Virus record (IMG/VR): IMGVR_UViG_3300028833_000110 | Span: 1-64,000 of that record | Origin: a virus | Taxonomy: Duplodnaviria; Caudoviricetes | DNA length: 64,000 bases | Reading direction: 5' to 3' (one strand) | In this document: positions 10,215 through 19,805 of the stretch, in pieces | Numbering within the stretch: position 1 is the stretch's first letter | Layout of the letters: every line of letters starts with the position of its first letter | Position numbers and translations under genes: made by a program | The notes under the pieces: model-generated | Told to the model about the DNA's origin: nothing | The model's database searches: none | The model's input: only the letters and a program-made list of their open reading frames with translations

Positions 10215-10982
10215 TTATTTTATTTCTATATTATTATCCTTTTCTCCGATTATACCAAGAGATTTTAATTTCTCTATAATATTCTCGGGAGCATCTGGAT
10301 AACGCTCTTCTATAATACCTTCAAATTCTGGCTTTGACATCGTAGTACCTCCAAATTCGGCTCCTAGATCACCAAGAATACCAGAATCTTCCAGCCAACC
10401 TTCACGATCACCTTCCTTCTTTACTCCATGAACTTTTTTAAGAATGGCAATACATTTAGGGGTCATGCTTAGATTATCAATAAATCCACCAAAATTACCG
10501 TGACTCTGCATAACTTCGGGGACTAATTCATACTCTTTGGTTACTGAAACAACTAACTTTGAAAATAAACGGGATTCTAAGAAAGCTGTACTGGAAATTT
10601 TAATTCCGCCATCTTCAGTAGCTTTTGAAAATCCACGCTCTTCTAGATTAGCTCTTTCTGTTTCACTAAAGTTTTTCTCGTATAGATCCTTACTAATTTC
10701 TCTACCAGAAAATTCCTTTAGTTTTAATTCAAGAGGATCAGAAGTTGTAGAAAACTCCTTTTGAAAATCCTCTTCAAAAATTGAGCGTCTTTGTCTGGTT
10801 TGAACATCGGCTCCACAAACTCTACAATAACCCATGTCCAACTCTTCCTGACTCAATTCATGTCCACAGTCACTACATAGGACTCGAGAAACTTCAACTT
10901 TAGGTTCCTCGCTACTAAATAATTTGCGTCTTGGGGTAGTAGGAGGAACATCACTAAATAATTTACGTCTTTCTTTCTTCAT
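10215..10982 (-). CDS. Putative prohead core protein with Zn ribbon
   Basis: CSDC...CRVC; repeated RKLFS, KEFS, KNFS and RLFS. Confidence 0.5.
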   Translation of the reverse strand: MKKERRKLFSDVPPTTPRRKLFSSEEPKVEVSRVLCSDCGHELSQEELDMGYCRVCGADVQTRQRRSIFEEDFQKEFSTTSDPLELKLKEFSGREISKDLYEKNFSETERANLEERGFSKATEDGGIKISSTAFLESRLFSKLVVSVTKEYELVPEVMQSHGNFGGFIDNLSMTPKCIAILKKVHGVKKEGDREGWLEDSGILGDLGAEFGGTTMSKPEFEGIIEERYPDAPENIIEKLKSLGIIGEKDNNIEIK

Positions 10983-10983
10983 A

Positions 10984-12297
10984 TTACTTTTCCTCCTTTA
11001 ATTCTTCCTCTTCTTCAGGGATATTACTCGAATTGGCTCCAAATACTTCTTCTATGCAGGATCCGACAAACTCATTCCAAGCTGCCTGTAACTTTGTATA
11101 ATAATTTTTTTGAAGAAATCCTGTTTTCTTTGCTTGGATACCACTTAGTCTATAAATCATGTTCAATTTTTCCGCTGAAGTTCTTAGGTTTTTTGAAATA
11201 CTTGAACAACCCAATAAAACATTAATTCTCTTATTGTTAACTATTACATCATTAGATATACGATTCAACAAGAACAATACATCAGATGTAAGCATGGACT
11301 TTAGTATATCTAAGTCCTCAGGTTTAATTTTTTCTACTCCTCCCATGCTTCTTACTACTTGTTTGTAGCTTATAATCATTCTTCTGAAGCACATTCTGGG
11401 AGACATTTTCTTTTCTCTAAGCTGATCTCTGATTCCAGCTTGTGTAAATTCTTTTTGTTCAGGTTGTTCTTTTTCTTCTGACTGTGGCTGTTCAGTAAAT
11501 TCTTTTTCCACAGGCTCTTCGGCATCAACATCAGCTTTAATATCGCTATAAAATGAAAATTCCTTTATCTTAAGCTTAGTAAACTGACCATCAATCTTTG
11601 AAGATTTTGGTAGATCAGATATATCAACACCAGCTTCTGTGGGATTCGAAAAAGTTTTTACTTTTATATTAATTTCGTCTGTTGTAGTTGAGAAAGTTCT
11701 GTCTTTGAATTCAGCTTTCTCTTTATCATCATATATAATTTCAGTAATATGAGATTCAGGACCAAAACTCGGTGAAAGAGTCCAATCCAATCCCTTAATA
11801 AGTTTTATTTTCTTGGCTACATCAGCTCCGCCATTATTTCTATCTGAACCACTCCACCAAGCCACCACGACGAGACTATTTGCTAAGAATACACCGGATT
11901 TTAATAATCCCCGCAATCTCTTTATATTCTCAGCAGCTCTAGAATCAAAATCTTCGGGATCTAAAATGTGTACTTCTGCACTTAGGAAATTCCCTCGTTC
12001 AGTCTCTTCTATATAAAATTTCTTTACATAGTGGGTTGGAGTCGAAATTCCGTCGGCTACAAGAAGTAATTGATCTGAATCCCCAATCTTCTTTTTTATT
12101 ATAGATGCATCACCTGCAGATTCAGGCATACCATCTACTCCCCTACTTTTGTGTGTTAAGCACCCGAGGGTTGATCTTGTGGCTATTGATCTTTTATAAT
12201 CTTCACTCTCAAGATACTCTCTTACAGCAAGTTCGGGGATTATTGAATTATCTGCTGCACGCTGACCTAGAGGGCAACATCTAACTTTTACATCCAT
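10984..12297 (-). CDS. Putative prohead maturation protease
   Basis: LGCLTH...THYVKK...LDWTLSPSF resembles herpes/T4 gp21-type proteases (GELxH...SH...DxVxxPS); portal-protease-scaffold-capsid order; C-terminal KTFS/KEFS/KEFT sites. Confidence 0.65.
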   Translation of the reverse strand: MDVKVRCCPLGQRAADNSIIPELAVREYLESEDYKRSIATRSTLGCLTHKSRGVDGMPESAGDASIIKKKIGDSDQLLLVADGISTPTHYVKKFYIEETERGNFLSAEVHILDPEDFDSRAAENIKRLRGLLKSGVFLANSLVVVAWWSGSDRNNGGADVAKKIKLIKGLDWTLSPSFGPESHITEIIYDDKEKAEFKDRTFSTTTDEINIKVKTFSNPTEAGVDISDLPKSSKIDGQFTKLKIKEFSFYSDIKADVDAEEPVEKEFTEQPQSEEKEQPEQKEFTQAGIRDQLREKKMSPRMCFRRMIISYKQVVRSMGGVEKIKPEDLDILKSMLTSDVLFLLNRISNDVIVNNKRINVLLGCSSISKNLRTSAEKLNMIYRLSGIQAKKTGFLQKNYYTKLQAAWNEFVGSCIEEVFGANSSNIPEEEEELKEEK

Positions 12298-12354
12298 CCT
12301 ATATTTTATTTTAAGGTTAATCTCGAGGACACTTTTAATCCTCTAACTCTTCTA

Positions 12355-13662
12355 TTATGTACTATTATTATTTTCCAATACAAATAGAGATGCATAGTCA
12401 ACTAAAGAATTTGGATTTATTCCCTCAAACAATACTTTATCTAAGAAATCATATACCTCATCTTTTTTGATGATAGTATATGGAACTTCAACTAGAAAAA
12501 TATCATGTTCTTTACAATATTCCCTAACATCTCTATCTCTTGCAATTTGGTCTAATAATCTTTCTTTTGCATATTCTTTATCTCCGAAATTGAAAGTTGC
12601 CTTATAGTGCTGAATTCCATTATACTCTATCCATATTTCCTTGGATTCTAGAAGAATTCTAAAATCAGGTATGACATATTCTCTAACAGATGAAACACCA
12701 TAAATATTCTCTCTTTCCAGGACAAAGATTCCTCTGTCCTTAAGGTAATTTTCTACTAACTCTTCACCTCTTGAAAGCACACACTTAGGACAACCTCGGC
12801 CAGATAAGTGAGAAGCTGCTTCTTGCCAGAATATATTTCTACAATGATTACACCTTATTTTTACTTTTTGGGAGTTTCTTTTTAAATCATAGTTCTCCTC
12901 AAAATCATAAAAATATCTATTATCTGGATGAGCTAGTTCAGCCTTTTGTTTGAATCCCTCGAAACCCATCCGACGTTTTTCACTTGTTCTTTCCCTTGCA
13001 CACTTAGGACAACTGGCTACTCCCCTTAGTATAGAGTTTGGTGGGACATGAAATAGATGTCCACATACTTTACAGATGACAGGAACAGGAGTTACAGCGT
13101 TCTTATATTCTGTGACTTGGCTGAGATCTAGTTTATCTCCAACGATTTTTATACCTTCGGAAAGAAAATCTTCTAGTGTTCTTCTTATGCCATGTAGATT
13201 CTCTTCATTATTTCTGCGAATCATTACCCTTGTTCTCTCCTCACTAGCACATTTGGGACAGGGATTGTTATTTCTTCCTGCCCTATAATGTTCTGAAGCT
13301 ACTTGTTCAAATTCGAGATCATGTTTAGGGCAGACTATAATTATCCTTTCCTGTGCTTTCGTATACACCGTCTTGCTATAATCAAACCTATCACCAAACT
13401 TTCTCAATCCTCTCCTAATAAACTCCTTCGTCTTATCATCCTTCTCACTATATTTTTCGTTTATTATTCGTTCTATTTCTTCCTCACTTAAATTTTCTTT
13501 ATGCTTTTCACACTTACATTCTTCACAACAACAATTTTCTTCATGTGTAGCTTTTAATAATCTTTCTGTCAACAAACTCATAACTTTATTCTTTTTATAT
13601 TTATTCTTAAACTCATTTTTAAAAAGGGAAGGGTGTTTTTTAAGTTGCGCAATATTATACAC
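12355..13662 (-). CDS. Free-standing homing endonuclease-like protein (Zn-finger repeats plus PD-(D/E)xK domain)
   Basis: Repeated FDYSKTVY...CPKH/CKVC...CPKC units; C-terminal PDF...IEYNGIQHY...RD. The true start is probably the ATG near 13581. Confidence 0.75.
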   Translation of the reverse strand: MYNIAQLKKHPSLFKNEFKNKYKKNKVMSLLTERLLKATHEENCCCEECKCEKHKENLSEEEIERIINEKYSEKDDKTKEFIRRGLRKFGDRFDYSKTVYTKAQERIIIVCPKHDLEFEQVASEHYRAGRNNNPCPKCASEERTRVMIRRNNEENLHGIRRTLEDFLSEGIKIVGDKLDLSQVTEYKNAVTPVPVICKVCGHLFHVPPNSILRGVASCPKCARERTSEKRRMGFEGFKQKAELAHPDNRYFYDFEENYDLKRNSQKVKIRCNHCRNIFWQEAASHLSGRGCPKCVLSRGEELVENYLKDRGIFVLERENIYGVSSVREYVIPDFRILLESKEIWIEYNGIQHYKATFNFGDKEYAKERLLDQIARDRDVREYCKEHDIFLVEVPYTIIKKDEVYDFLDKVLFEGINPNSLVDYASLFVLENNNST

Positions 13663-13669
13663 CCTCCCC
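13622..13669 (-). terminator. Hairpin plus U-tract upstream of endonuclease 1 (terminator or attenuator)
   Basis: Minus strand GGGAGGGTGT...ACACCCTTCCC followed by TTTTT. Confidence 0.5.
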
Positions 13670-13693
13670 CGAATTAATTATGAGTTTAATTAG

Positions 13694-13737
13694 ATCCGCA
13701 GTGTAATCGAATACTACCTCCCAAAAAGGCTGCGGAT
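13694..13737 (-). ncRNA. Three-way-junction motif A, copy 1
   Basis: AUCCGCAG-CCU..AGG-UAGUAUUCGAUUACA-CUGCGGAU. Confidence 0.6.
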
Positions 13738-13913
13738 TACAAAATAATATTAAAAGATATGAATTAATTGAATGAAGTTCCCTAAGATACCGAGGTTGTT
13801 AAATATATTAGTGATTGAGTGGGTGTAATATAACTGAAACTCTGTATTAATTTTTACCCACGACATCTTAGCTTTATCTATATATTATTTTGTGGTTGTG
13901 GTTTTTACTGTTG

Positions 13914-13964
13914 AACTTGGGGTGTAATCGAATACTACAACCTTTATTTTTGTTGCCCCAAGTT
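13914..13964 (-). ncRNA. Three-way-junction motif A, copy 2
   Basis: AACUUGGGG-CAAC..GUUG-UAGUAUUCGAUUACA-CCCCAAGUU. Confidence 0.6.
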
Positions 13965-13986
13965 AGTTATTAGAAAGGAGATTTTT

Positions 13987-14538
13987 TTAATATTTTCCAC
14001 TATTTGCTGCGTTTGTTATTTTAGTATTGAGGGCTTTGGCATTCTTTCCATTACCGAAGAGTGCGCTATTCATTGCTTTCGCCTCCTTACTTTGCTGTCC
14101 AAGAAGCTGACTCCTCCAACCTGATTTAGCAGTCATTAGTGTTTTAAAGTCGTTAGAACCAAGCTTACCTCCTTTAGGGGCCGTCTTTTGAATACCTTGA
14201 ACTAATAAATTTGCATCCTTCATTACTTCTTTGCCTTCCCCCTTTAGTGAACTAATAAGACTAGTATTGCCACCTAAGTTAGTCACTCTTTTAGCCATTT
14301 CAGGACCCTGCATATATTGTCCAGCCTTTCTTAATTGGCGAGCAGTTTTTGCAGCTTTATTTCTAACAAACTGATTCCTTAGTGATCCTAGACTGGGAAA
14401 AGCAAATTCTCTCTGGGCATATTCGTATCCTTCACAAAATGCACGTTCCAAGAGTTCATCCAAGTCTTCATTTCCCGTACTATAAAGCTTCTCATCATAG
14501 TACTCATCATAATCACTGTACAATTTAGTTATTTTCAT
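13987..14538 (-). CDS. Acidic-leader/cationic-core protein (LYSTGNxxLDELLERAFCEGYEYAQREF family)
   Basis: About 45-aa conserved leader followed by a unique basic core. Confidence 0.7.
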   Translation of the reverse strand: MKITKLYSDYDEYYDEKLYSTGNEDLDELLERAFCEGYEYAQREFAFPSLGSLRNQFVRNKAAKTARQLRKAGQYMQGPEMAKRVTNLGGNTSLISSLKGEGKEVMKDANLLVQGIQKTAPKGGKLGSNDFKTLMTAKSGWRSQLLGQQSKEAKAMNSALFGNGKNAKALNTKITNAANSGKY

Positions 14539-14550
14539 TATTTATCATTC

Positions 14551-14595
14551 AACATACAGGGAAAATTTAACTTACTACCCCCCCCCCTGTATGTT
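14551..14595 (-). repeat. 5'-leader hairpin element C with poly-G tract
   Basis: aacatacaggg...ccctgtatgtt, 12 nt upstream of the ATG; near-identical copies at 53017 and 57355. Confidence 0.65.
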
Positions 14596-14632
14596 ATTTT
14601 TTTTTATAAAGGGAGAGATAATATTGTTTTAG

Positions 14633-14678
14633 ATCTAGGAATCCACATTGAAGGGTAGACCTAAAGTCATTCCTAGAT
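14633..14678 (-). repeat. Structured intergenic motif B, copy 1 (copy 2 at 15181..15233)
   Basis: atctaggaat...attcctagat stem enclosing conserved atccacat..aagggtagacc.aaagtc. Confidence 0.55.
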
Positions 14679-14684
14679 ATTAGT

Positions 14685-15095
14685 TTAATTATTGCTATTA
14701 TTCTTTTTATTCTTTTTGTGTTTTTTAATAGCAGCCGTAGTACCAACAGCAGCAGCAACAGGGAGAGCAATCATAGCACCTTTACCAGCCATATTGATTC
14801 TTTTGGCTCTTTTGGCATTTTTCTCAACGAGTTCCCTTATCTTATCCAGGTTTTCATATTTTTCGGGATTTTTAGTGACATCCTTCATTGTTCTCTTTAT
14901 GGTTCTTGCACCAACTCGTTCTATGTCACCTAAGGTTTCTCCTCTAAACCAATCTCCAATCTTACCAAACTCTCTTTGTGCATATTCATATCCATCACAA
15001 AAAGCTCTTTCCATCAATTCATCTAATTCATCATTACCAGTACTATATAATCTCTCTTCTTCCTGATAATTACTGTACAATCTTTCTATTTTCAT
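14685..15095 (-). CDS. Acidic-leader/cationic-core protein
   Basis: MKIERLYSNYQEEERLYSTGNDELDELMERAFCDGYEYAQREF leader; C-terminal hydrophobic helix and Lys tail. Confidence 0.7.
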   Translation of the reverse strand: MKIERLYSNYQEEERLYSTGNDELDELMERAFCDGYEYAQREFGKIGDWFRGETLGDIERVGARTIKRTMKDVTKNPEKYENLDKIRELVEKNAKRAKRINMAGKGAMIALPVAAAVGTTAAIKKHKKNKKNNSNN

Positions 15096-15106
15096 TATTT
15101 CTTGTT

Positions 15107-15155
15107 GCTATAGGGAGAAATTGTTTCTTTTATCTTATCACCTCCCCCCTATAGC
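15107..15155 (-). repeat. 5'-leader hairpin element C2 (copy at 60447..60491)
   Basis: gctatagg...cctatagc hairpin just upstream of the ATG. Confidence 0.6.
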
Positions 15156-15239
15156 TCTGTTTTTATAAAGGAGGAATAGTATCTAAGAACCAGAAATCCA
15201 CATCAAAGGGTAGACCCAAAGTCATTCCTAGATATTTTT

Positions 15240-15935
15240 TTATTCACTTTTCTTCTTCTTTCCTGTTTTAGCAGCAATAGTAGCACCAGCAGCAACTACA
15301 GGAGCTGCAGCAGCAGTATATCTTAGGGCTTTACCACCAACCTTAGCACGGTTCAGGGCTTTTTCAGCTGCCTTAGTTGCTTTCTTTGCAGCCTCAATTG
15401 CCTTAGTTGGATCATTCATTGTACCACCTTCAGTAGCAAATTTCATAGCATTATTAGCCTTTTCTAAGTTTTCTTTGGATCTTTTAATACTACGTTGGAA
15501 TGGTTTTTCTGAAGCATCAACTATTTTTCTATAAGCATTTTTTATTTTACTTTCCTGACCCTCTAATTTATCAGCTCTCATTAGAACTTTCTCAGGGTTT
15601 GCCATTGTTCCACCCTCTCCTGCAAAATTAGCTTCATTTCTAGCTTTTTCTGCACGGGATCTCAAAACTTTCTTCCCAAGTTTCTTTCCACCATAAGCGG
15701 CACCTACACCAGCACCTGCACCTACGGTACCACCAATACCAGCTCTAAGTCCTGTACGTCCTTTCTTCTCTTCTTCTTCCTCTTCGGCAAATTCTCTTTG
15801 TGCATATTCATAACCTTCACAAAAAGCTCTTTCCAGAAGTTCATCTAATTCATCATTACCAGTGCTATAAAGTTTTTCCTCTTCATAATCACTTTCGCTG
15901 TAAAATCTTTCAGCAAATTCTCTTCCGTTAATCAT
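15240..15935 (-). CDS. Acidic-leader/cationic-core protein with glycine zipper
   Basis: Same leader; internal duplication FAxEGGTMxxP. Confidence 0.7.
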   Translation of the reverse strand: MINGREFAERFYSESDYEEEKLYSTGNDELDELLERAFCEGYEYAQREFAEEEEEEKKGRTGLRAGIGGTVGAGAGVGAAYGGKKLGKKVLRSRAEKARNEANFAGEGGTMANPEKVLMRADKLEGQESKIKNAYRKIVDASEKPFQRSIKRSKENLEKANNAMKFATEGGTMNDPTKAIEAAKKATKAAEKALNRAKVGGKALRYTAAAAPVVAAGATIAAKTGKKKKSE

Positions 15936-15961
15936 AATTCTCTTATTGTTTATTTTTTTTA

Positions 15962-16414
15962 TTAGGAGGTATATTCTTCTCTCCCATTTGTCATATTATT
16001 AGCCCAATCTTTCTTTTCACGTCTTAGGGCCTGTTTCTTTGCATATCGTAGACGTTCATTGTAGTGGTTTACTTCTTCAACCTCTTTTTGTCGTTTATTA
16101 GTAGCTCCGATAGCAAGAGTACCAGCAGTAAGAGCAGCGGCCAGTTTTATATTTTTCTTTCCACCACGCCTTACTAATTTCTCAGCAATACGTTTAGCTT
16201 CACCCTTTCCAACCCGTTTTGTGATTCTAGCGGCGAGATGACCAACAGCACCACCCGCAGCGCCTGTTATAGCCCCCGCACCAGCAGCACTCACAATCTT
16301 TCCTATTCCCGGTTTTTTCTTTTCTTCTTCAGCCAGGATATCAGAGTCTTTAGCTCTCTTTAGGTTGTCAGTATCATCCCACTTAGTAAAATTCTTAGTT
16401 CTTAGGATTAACAT
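15962..16414 (-). CDS. Leader-bearing glycine-zipper protein (MLILRTKNFT)
   Basis: Paralog of 1273..1791. Confidence 0.65.
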   Translation of the reverse strand: MLILRTKNFTKWDDTDNLKRAKDSDILAEEEKKKPGIGKIVSAAGAGAITGAAGGAVGHLAARITKRVGKGEAKRIAEKLVRRGGKKNIKLAAALTAGTLAIGATNKRQKEVEEVNHYNERLRYAKKQALRREKKDWANNMTNGREEYTS

Positions 16415-16518
16415 GATTTTAATGGGTTATACGTACTATTCTCAGAGTCTAATTCTTGTTTTGAATTTTCTACCCCTTCAGTAAACGTTTTTTCTTTAAT
16501 TTTTTCTTCGTCGTACAT
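16408..16518 (-). CDS. 36-aa small acidic ORF (MYDEEKIKEKTFT...)
   Basis: Read by hand; fills the intergenic gap and contains KTFT. Confidence 0.35.
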   Translation of the reverse strand: MYDEEKIKEKTFTEGVENSKQELDSENSTYNPLKSC

Positions 16519-16526
16519 AATAAAAG

Positions 16527-16850
16527 CTATTTTGGCATAGCTACAGGATCTACACCTTTTGATCTAGTTTTATATAATCCAACGTTTTTAGGAGAATCAT
16601 CAAGGTTCTGCATTTTTTGGGTCTGAAGCATTGCCTTGTTTTCTTGCATATCCTTTTGCATCTCCATTTTCTGTAGTTGTTGGATTCTTTTCATTCTATT
16701 TTTAGCCGCATCTGCCTCTAATTTTTGTTTTGTTCGTTGGTTAATCATGATCTGTCTTTGCATTCTCATATTTTCCAACTGTATATCTCTAGGGGTTAAT
16801 TGCTGTGGTTCTTCTACGGCTGCAAATTTTTTCTGTCGTATTATTTTCAT
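16527..16850 (-). CDS. Leader-bearing Gln/Met-rich coiled-coil protein
   Basis: MKIIRQKKFA. Confidence 0.6.
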   Translation of the reverse strand: MKIIRQKKFAAVEEPQQLTPRDIQLENMRMQRQIMINQRTKQKLEADAAKNRMKRIQQLQKMEMQKDMQENKAMLQTQKMQNLDDSPKNVGLYKTRSKGVDPVAMPK

Positions 16851-16864
16851 TCTATTTTATATTT

Positions 16865-17389
16865 TTAAACAGAACTTTTTTCTTTATATCTGGCTTGTGA
16901 TTCTTTTCTTCTCTTGTCAGTTACCTTTTTCGCATATTTTTCATGCTTCTTTCCTTTAGATTGACCAACAAGAAGTCCCAAAGAAGCTCCACCAGCACCT
17001 GCACCGATTAATGCCCCAACACCTGCTTTTTTGTTTTTCATAGCATTAATACCAGCCCCTAAAGTTCCACCTAAAAGACTTCCGGTTACTCCACCAACTA
17101 TTCTTCCTTCTTTGGTTCCTCGTCTTTTAGAATTTTTTATAATTTTTTCATCGACTCCCTTTTCATCCTCTCGAGTTATGTCATCGAGGTTCATTTTTTC
17201 CATCTCTGCTTTTGATACGTCTGGATACAATACATTATCATCGTGATATGCTCTTAATGGAGTTCTTTTCTCACGATCTGCTTCTTCCGTATCATATTTT
17301 CTTTGGTTAGGAGATAGTCTATTTTTCTTATATCTATCCCATATAGGAGTCTTTGATTCTGAATAGGTTTTCTGTCTTAGGATTTTCAT
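16865..17389 (-). CDS. Leader-bearing glycine-zipper protein
   Basis: MKILRQKTYS; GGVTGSLLGGTLGAG. Confidence 0.65.
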   Translation of the reverse strand: MKILRQKTYSESKTPIWDRYKKNRLSPNQRKYDTEEADREKRTPLRAYHDDNVLYPDVSKAEMEKMNLDDITREDEKGVDEKIIKNSKRRGTKEGRIVGGVTGSLLGGTLGAGINAMKNKKAGVGALIGAGAGGASLGLLVGQSKGKKHEKYAKKVTDKRRKESQARYKEKSSV

Positions 17390-19116
17390 ATACCAAGCCC
17401 TCCATTCTTTTGTTCTGGGGTTTGCTGCTGAAGAATAGACGGATCAATACCAAGTTGTTCAAGCTGACTATTAACTTTAGCTTTGGCAACTTGTATATAT
17501 TGTTGTAGAGTCTCTTCATTTATCAGATTCTCGGTATTTGGGTCTATGTCTTTAAGCAGATTATGTACGTAAGTTAAGTATGCCTCAGGATCTATTAGAG
17601 GAGAAGCAAGATCTAATGTTTGGAGTGAAGTTTGTATTATATTTGAAATTCCTTGTACCAAACCATTAATACTCTCACTTTGATTAATCTGATTATTATA
17701 CTCTACACTAGTCTTTTCTGATATATGTAATTTAATGAGACTTGGATCTAATTCTTTTCCATATAAAGTTGAATATATAGAACAAACCAAATTAGTTACT
17801 GAATCTTTTATACCAGCCATAAAAGCAGCGACTCTAGAATTGGCTCGTTCTGATTGTTGGAGAACCTGCCATTTCGAGCCAGAAGTTGAGTCGATAATAG
17901 TGGCTGGAAGACCTAAAGGATTTAATACATTACTTTTACATTGATCTAAGGTTTGCATTATTTCCAGAAGTTTATCACTTAACTTATCTAGGGGAAGCAT
18001 ACTATTTTTTCCGCCAAGTGTTGAGTTATAGTCTGGAATAAATTTAGCTGATTGTGTGAGAGTGTTTTCTATGAAACTTACAACATCAAATTGAGATGTT
18101 AAGAAAGAACTAATCTCATTTGTATTATTAGCTAGTTTTGTAGCTCTAGCACACAATTCATTAGCAGTTTCGAGGGGCACTGATTTATCGAATTGTAAGA
18201 GGAATAATTGAACGGAAGTAAGATCACGTAAAGAAATAAGAGAAACTAATAACTCTTTAATCACTAATTCCTTTACTTTTATAATCAAACTATAAAATAA
18301 CGGTTCTGATGCCATATATGACTCTTTTCTCGTTACTTTCTCCCGTGTTCCTTTCTGTCCTTTTCCATCTTTTGGTCTTTCTAACCACTTCTTATTTTTA
18401 TCTTTCCAATCCGGTGAGAGATCATTTACTAGACGAAGATTAGAAGAAGCTAAGTAAATCATTTCTTTCTTTGGGATTTCATAAATTACATTATCTTCTC
18501 CTCTAGCTAAAAATACTTCTTCCGTCTCCATATCTTCTTCTCCCCGCTTTCTCTTAATTACTACAGATAGTGGGTCAAATAATTCTTCTATTCTAAATCT
18601 ATAGTGTCCTAGCTCATCCTTCGTTGATCTAAGCATGCTATAATAACCACCATAAAAGACATAATCCTGTACATGATCTCGTATAAAATCAAATACTTTT
18701 ATATCCTTAACTAAAACATCATTAATTCTCTGTGTCCTCGTTTCATCTTTATTTCCCTCTTCATCTAAAATTGTAACTAGTTGAGCTCCATTAGAATCAT
18801 CAGCTAAAAAATTTATTATATAATCTGCAAAAAAATTAGTCGCAAGTTTTGAGATATCTAAAAGCTGATAACCCTTTAGCTCTGACATCTTTTCATAATA
18901 AGAGGATAGTCTAGAGGAAGGCATATAATTTCCTAATAGCGGTGACTTTCTATCCATATTATCAAAAATTCTGGATTGAGTTGTGCCACCTATAGGAAAA
19001 TATCCGGATGTACCATTAGAACCATAAACATTAGACCTTAGTGCAAAACGTCCTGATCCTAAAGCGAATGACCCGAATATTTTTTGTACTAGGGTTTCGT
19101 TGTTTTCTCTTTTCAT
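17386..19116 (-). CDS. Portal protein (putative)
   Basis: 576 aa; first gene of the head operon; helical, with DYVFYGGYY and LGLP motifs typical of portals. Confidence 0.6.
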   Translation of the reverse strand: MKRENNETLVQKIFGSFALGSGRFALRSNVYGSNGTSGYFPIGGTTQSRIFDNMDRKSPLLGNYMPSSRLSSYYEKMSELKGYQLLDISKLATNFFADYIINFLADDSNGAQLVTILDEEGNKDETRTQRINDVLVKDIKVFDFIRDHVQDYVFYGGYYSMLRSTKDELGHYRFRIEELFDPLSVVIKRKRGEEDMETEEVFLARGEDNVIYEIPKKEMIYLASSNLRLVNDLSPDWKDKNKKWLERPKDGKGQKGTREKVTRKESYMASEPLFYSLIIKVKELVIKELLVSLISLRDLTSVQLFLLQFDKSVPLETANELCARATKLANNTNEISSFLTSQFDVVSFIENTLTQSAKFIPDYNSTLGGKNSMLPLDKLSDKLLEIMQTLDQCKSNVLNPLGLPATIIDSTSGSKWQVLQQSERANSRVAAFMAGIKDSVTNLVCSIYSTLYGKELDPSLIKLHISEKTSVEYNNQINQSESINGLVQGISNIIQTSLQTLDLASPLIDPEAYLTYVHNLLKDIDPNTENLINEETLQQYIQVAKAKVNSQLEQLGIDPSILQQQTPEQKNGGLGI

Positions 19117-19805
19117 ATGTTATTTTTTATTATCATATCTTAGGACAATAATACAGAGTCCGGTTAATAAAAAATGTAAAGATCAATAAAATCTCTTTAC
19201 ATATATAAGGGTTTGATTAAAAATATGGCTAAAATAGTGGTCGGAAGTGATTTGTTATTTTAAAAATCTATAAAAATTTCAAAAAATACCCCAAAAATTA
19301 ACAAAATAAGTGGTCGTAAAAAATTGAGGGTCTGGAATGGGAGTGGAATGGGAATAATAAAATTGCTCTAAGATAAAGTTTAGCGAAGCGATCTAAACTT
19401 AAAAAATAAGAGCTAATAAAGGAGTGAGAGAAGGCCTTCCCGGGGCCACAATTCTAACGAATTGAACCCCTTCTCTCACTCTCTTTCTATCTTCTCCTAA
19501 AAAATCCTAAACCTCGAGTGTCTCTCGGTTCTTAACGGATTTTTCTTAACGGAGAAGGAAAGAAAGGATTTTAGAATGAGACCCCTATTTGATTTATTGG
19601 AAAAAAGAAAAGTACTATTTTTTATTCATGAATTAAGTTAGGAATTACATAATAGATGACGTAGATATTTCGAGGATTAAATTAGTATTTCACACTAAAA
19701 TTCCCTCATAATCCTAATAAATGAAAGTAATAATTATCCATTCCAGACCACTCCAAAACAGGTCTGGAATGGGAATAAAATAAGTAAACAAAAAAAATAA
19801 AAGAT
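19117..19805. other. Divergent intergenic region with repeats and hairpins; candidate replication origin
   Basis: About 690 bp non-coding at the strand switch; GGTCTGGAATGG direct and inverted copies; several hairpins. Confidence 0.45.
19200..19210 (-). promoter_or_regulatory. Promoter core CCTTATATATG driving the head operon
   Basis: Same motif recurs about 14 times upstream of genes and tRNAs, in the coding orientation. Confidence 0.55.

Noticed and set aside
709-17944. Many plus-strand ORFs in the late region (e.g. 3014..3397, 3540..4019, 14692..15066) and minus-strand ORFs in the early region
   Set aside because: Antisense to convincing genes, with low-complexity translations.
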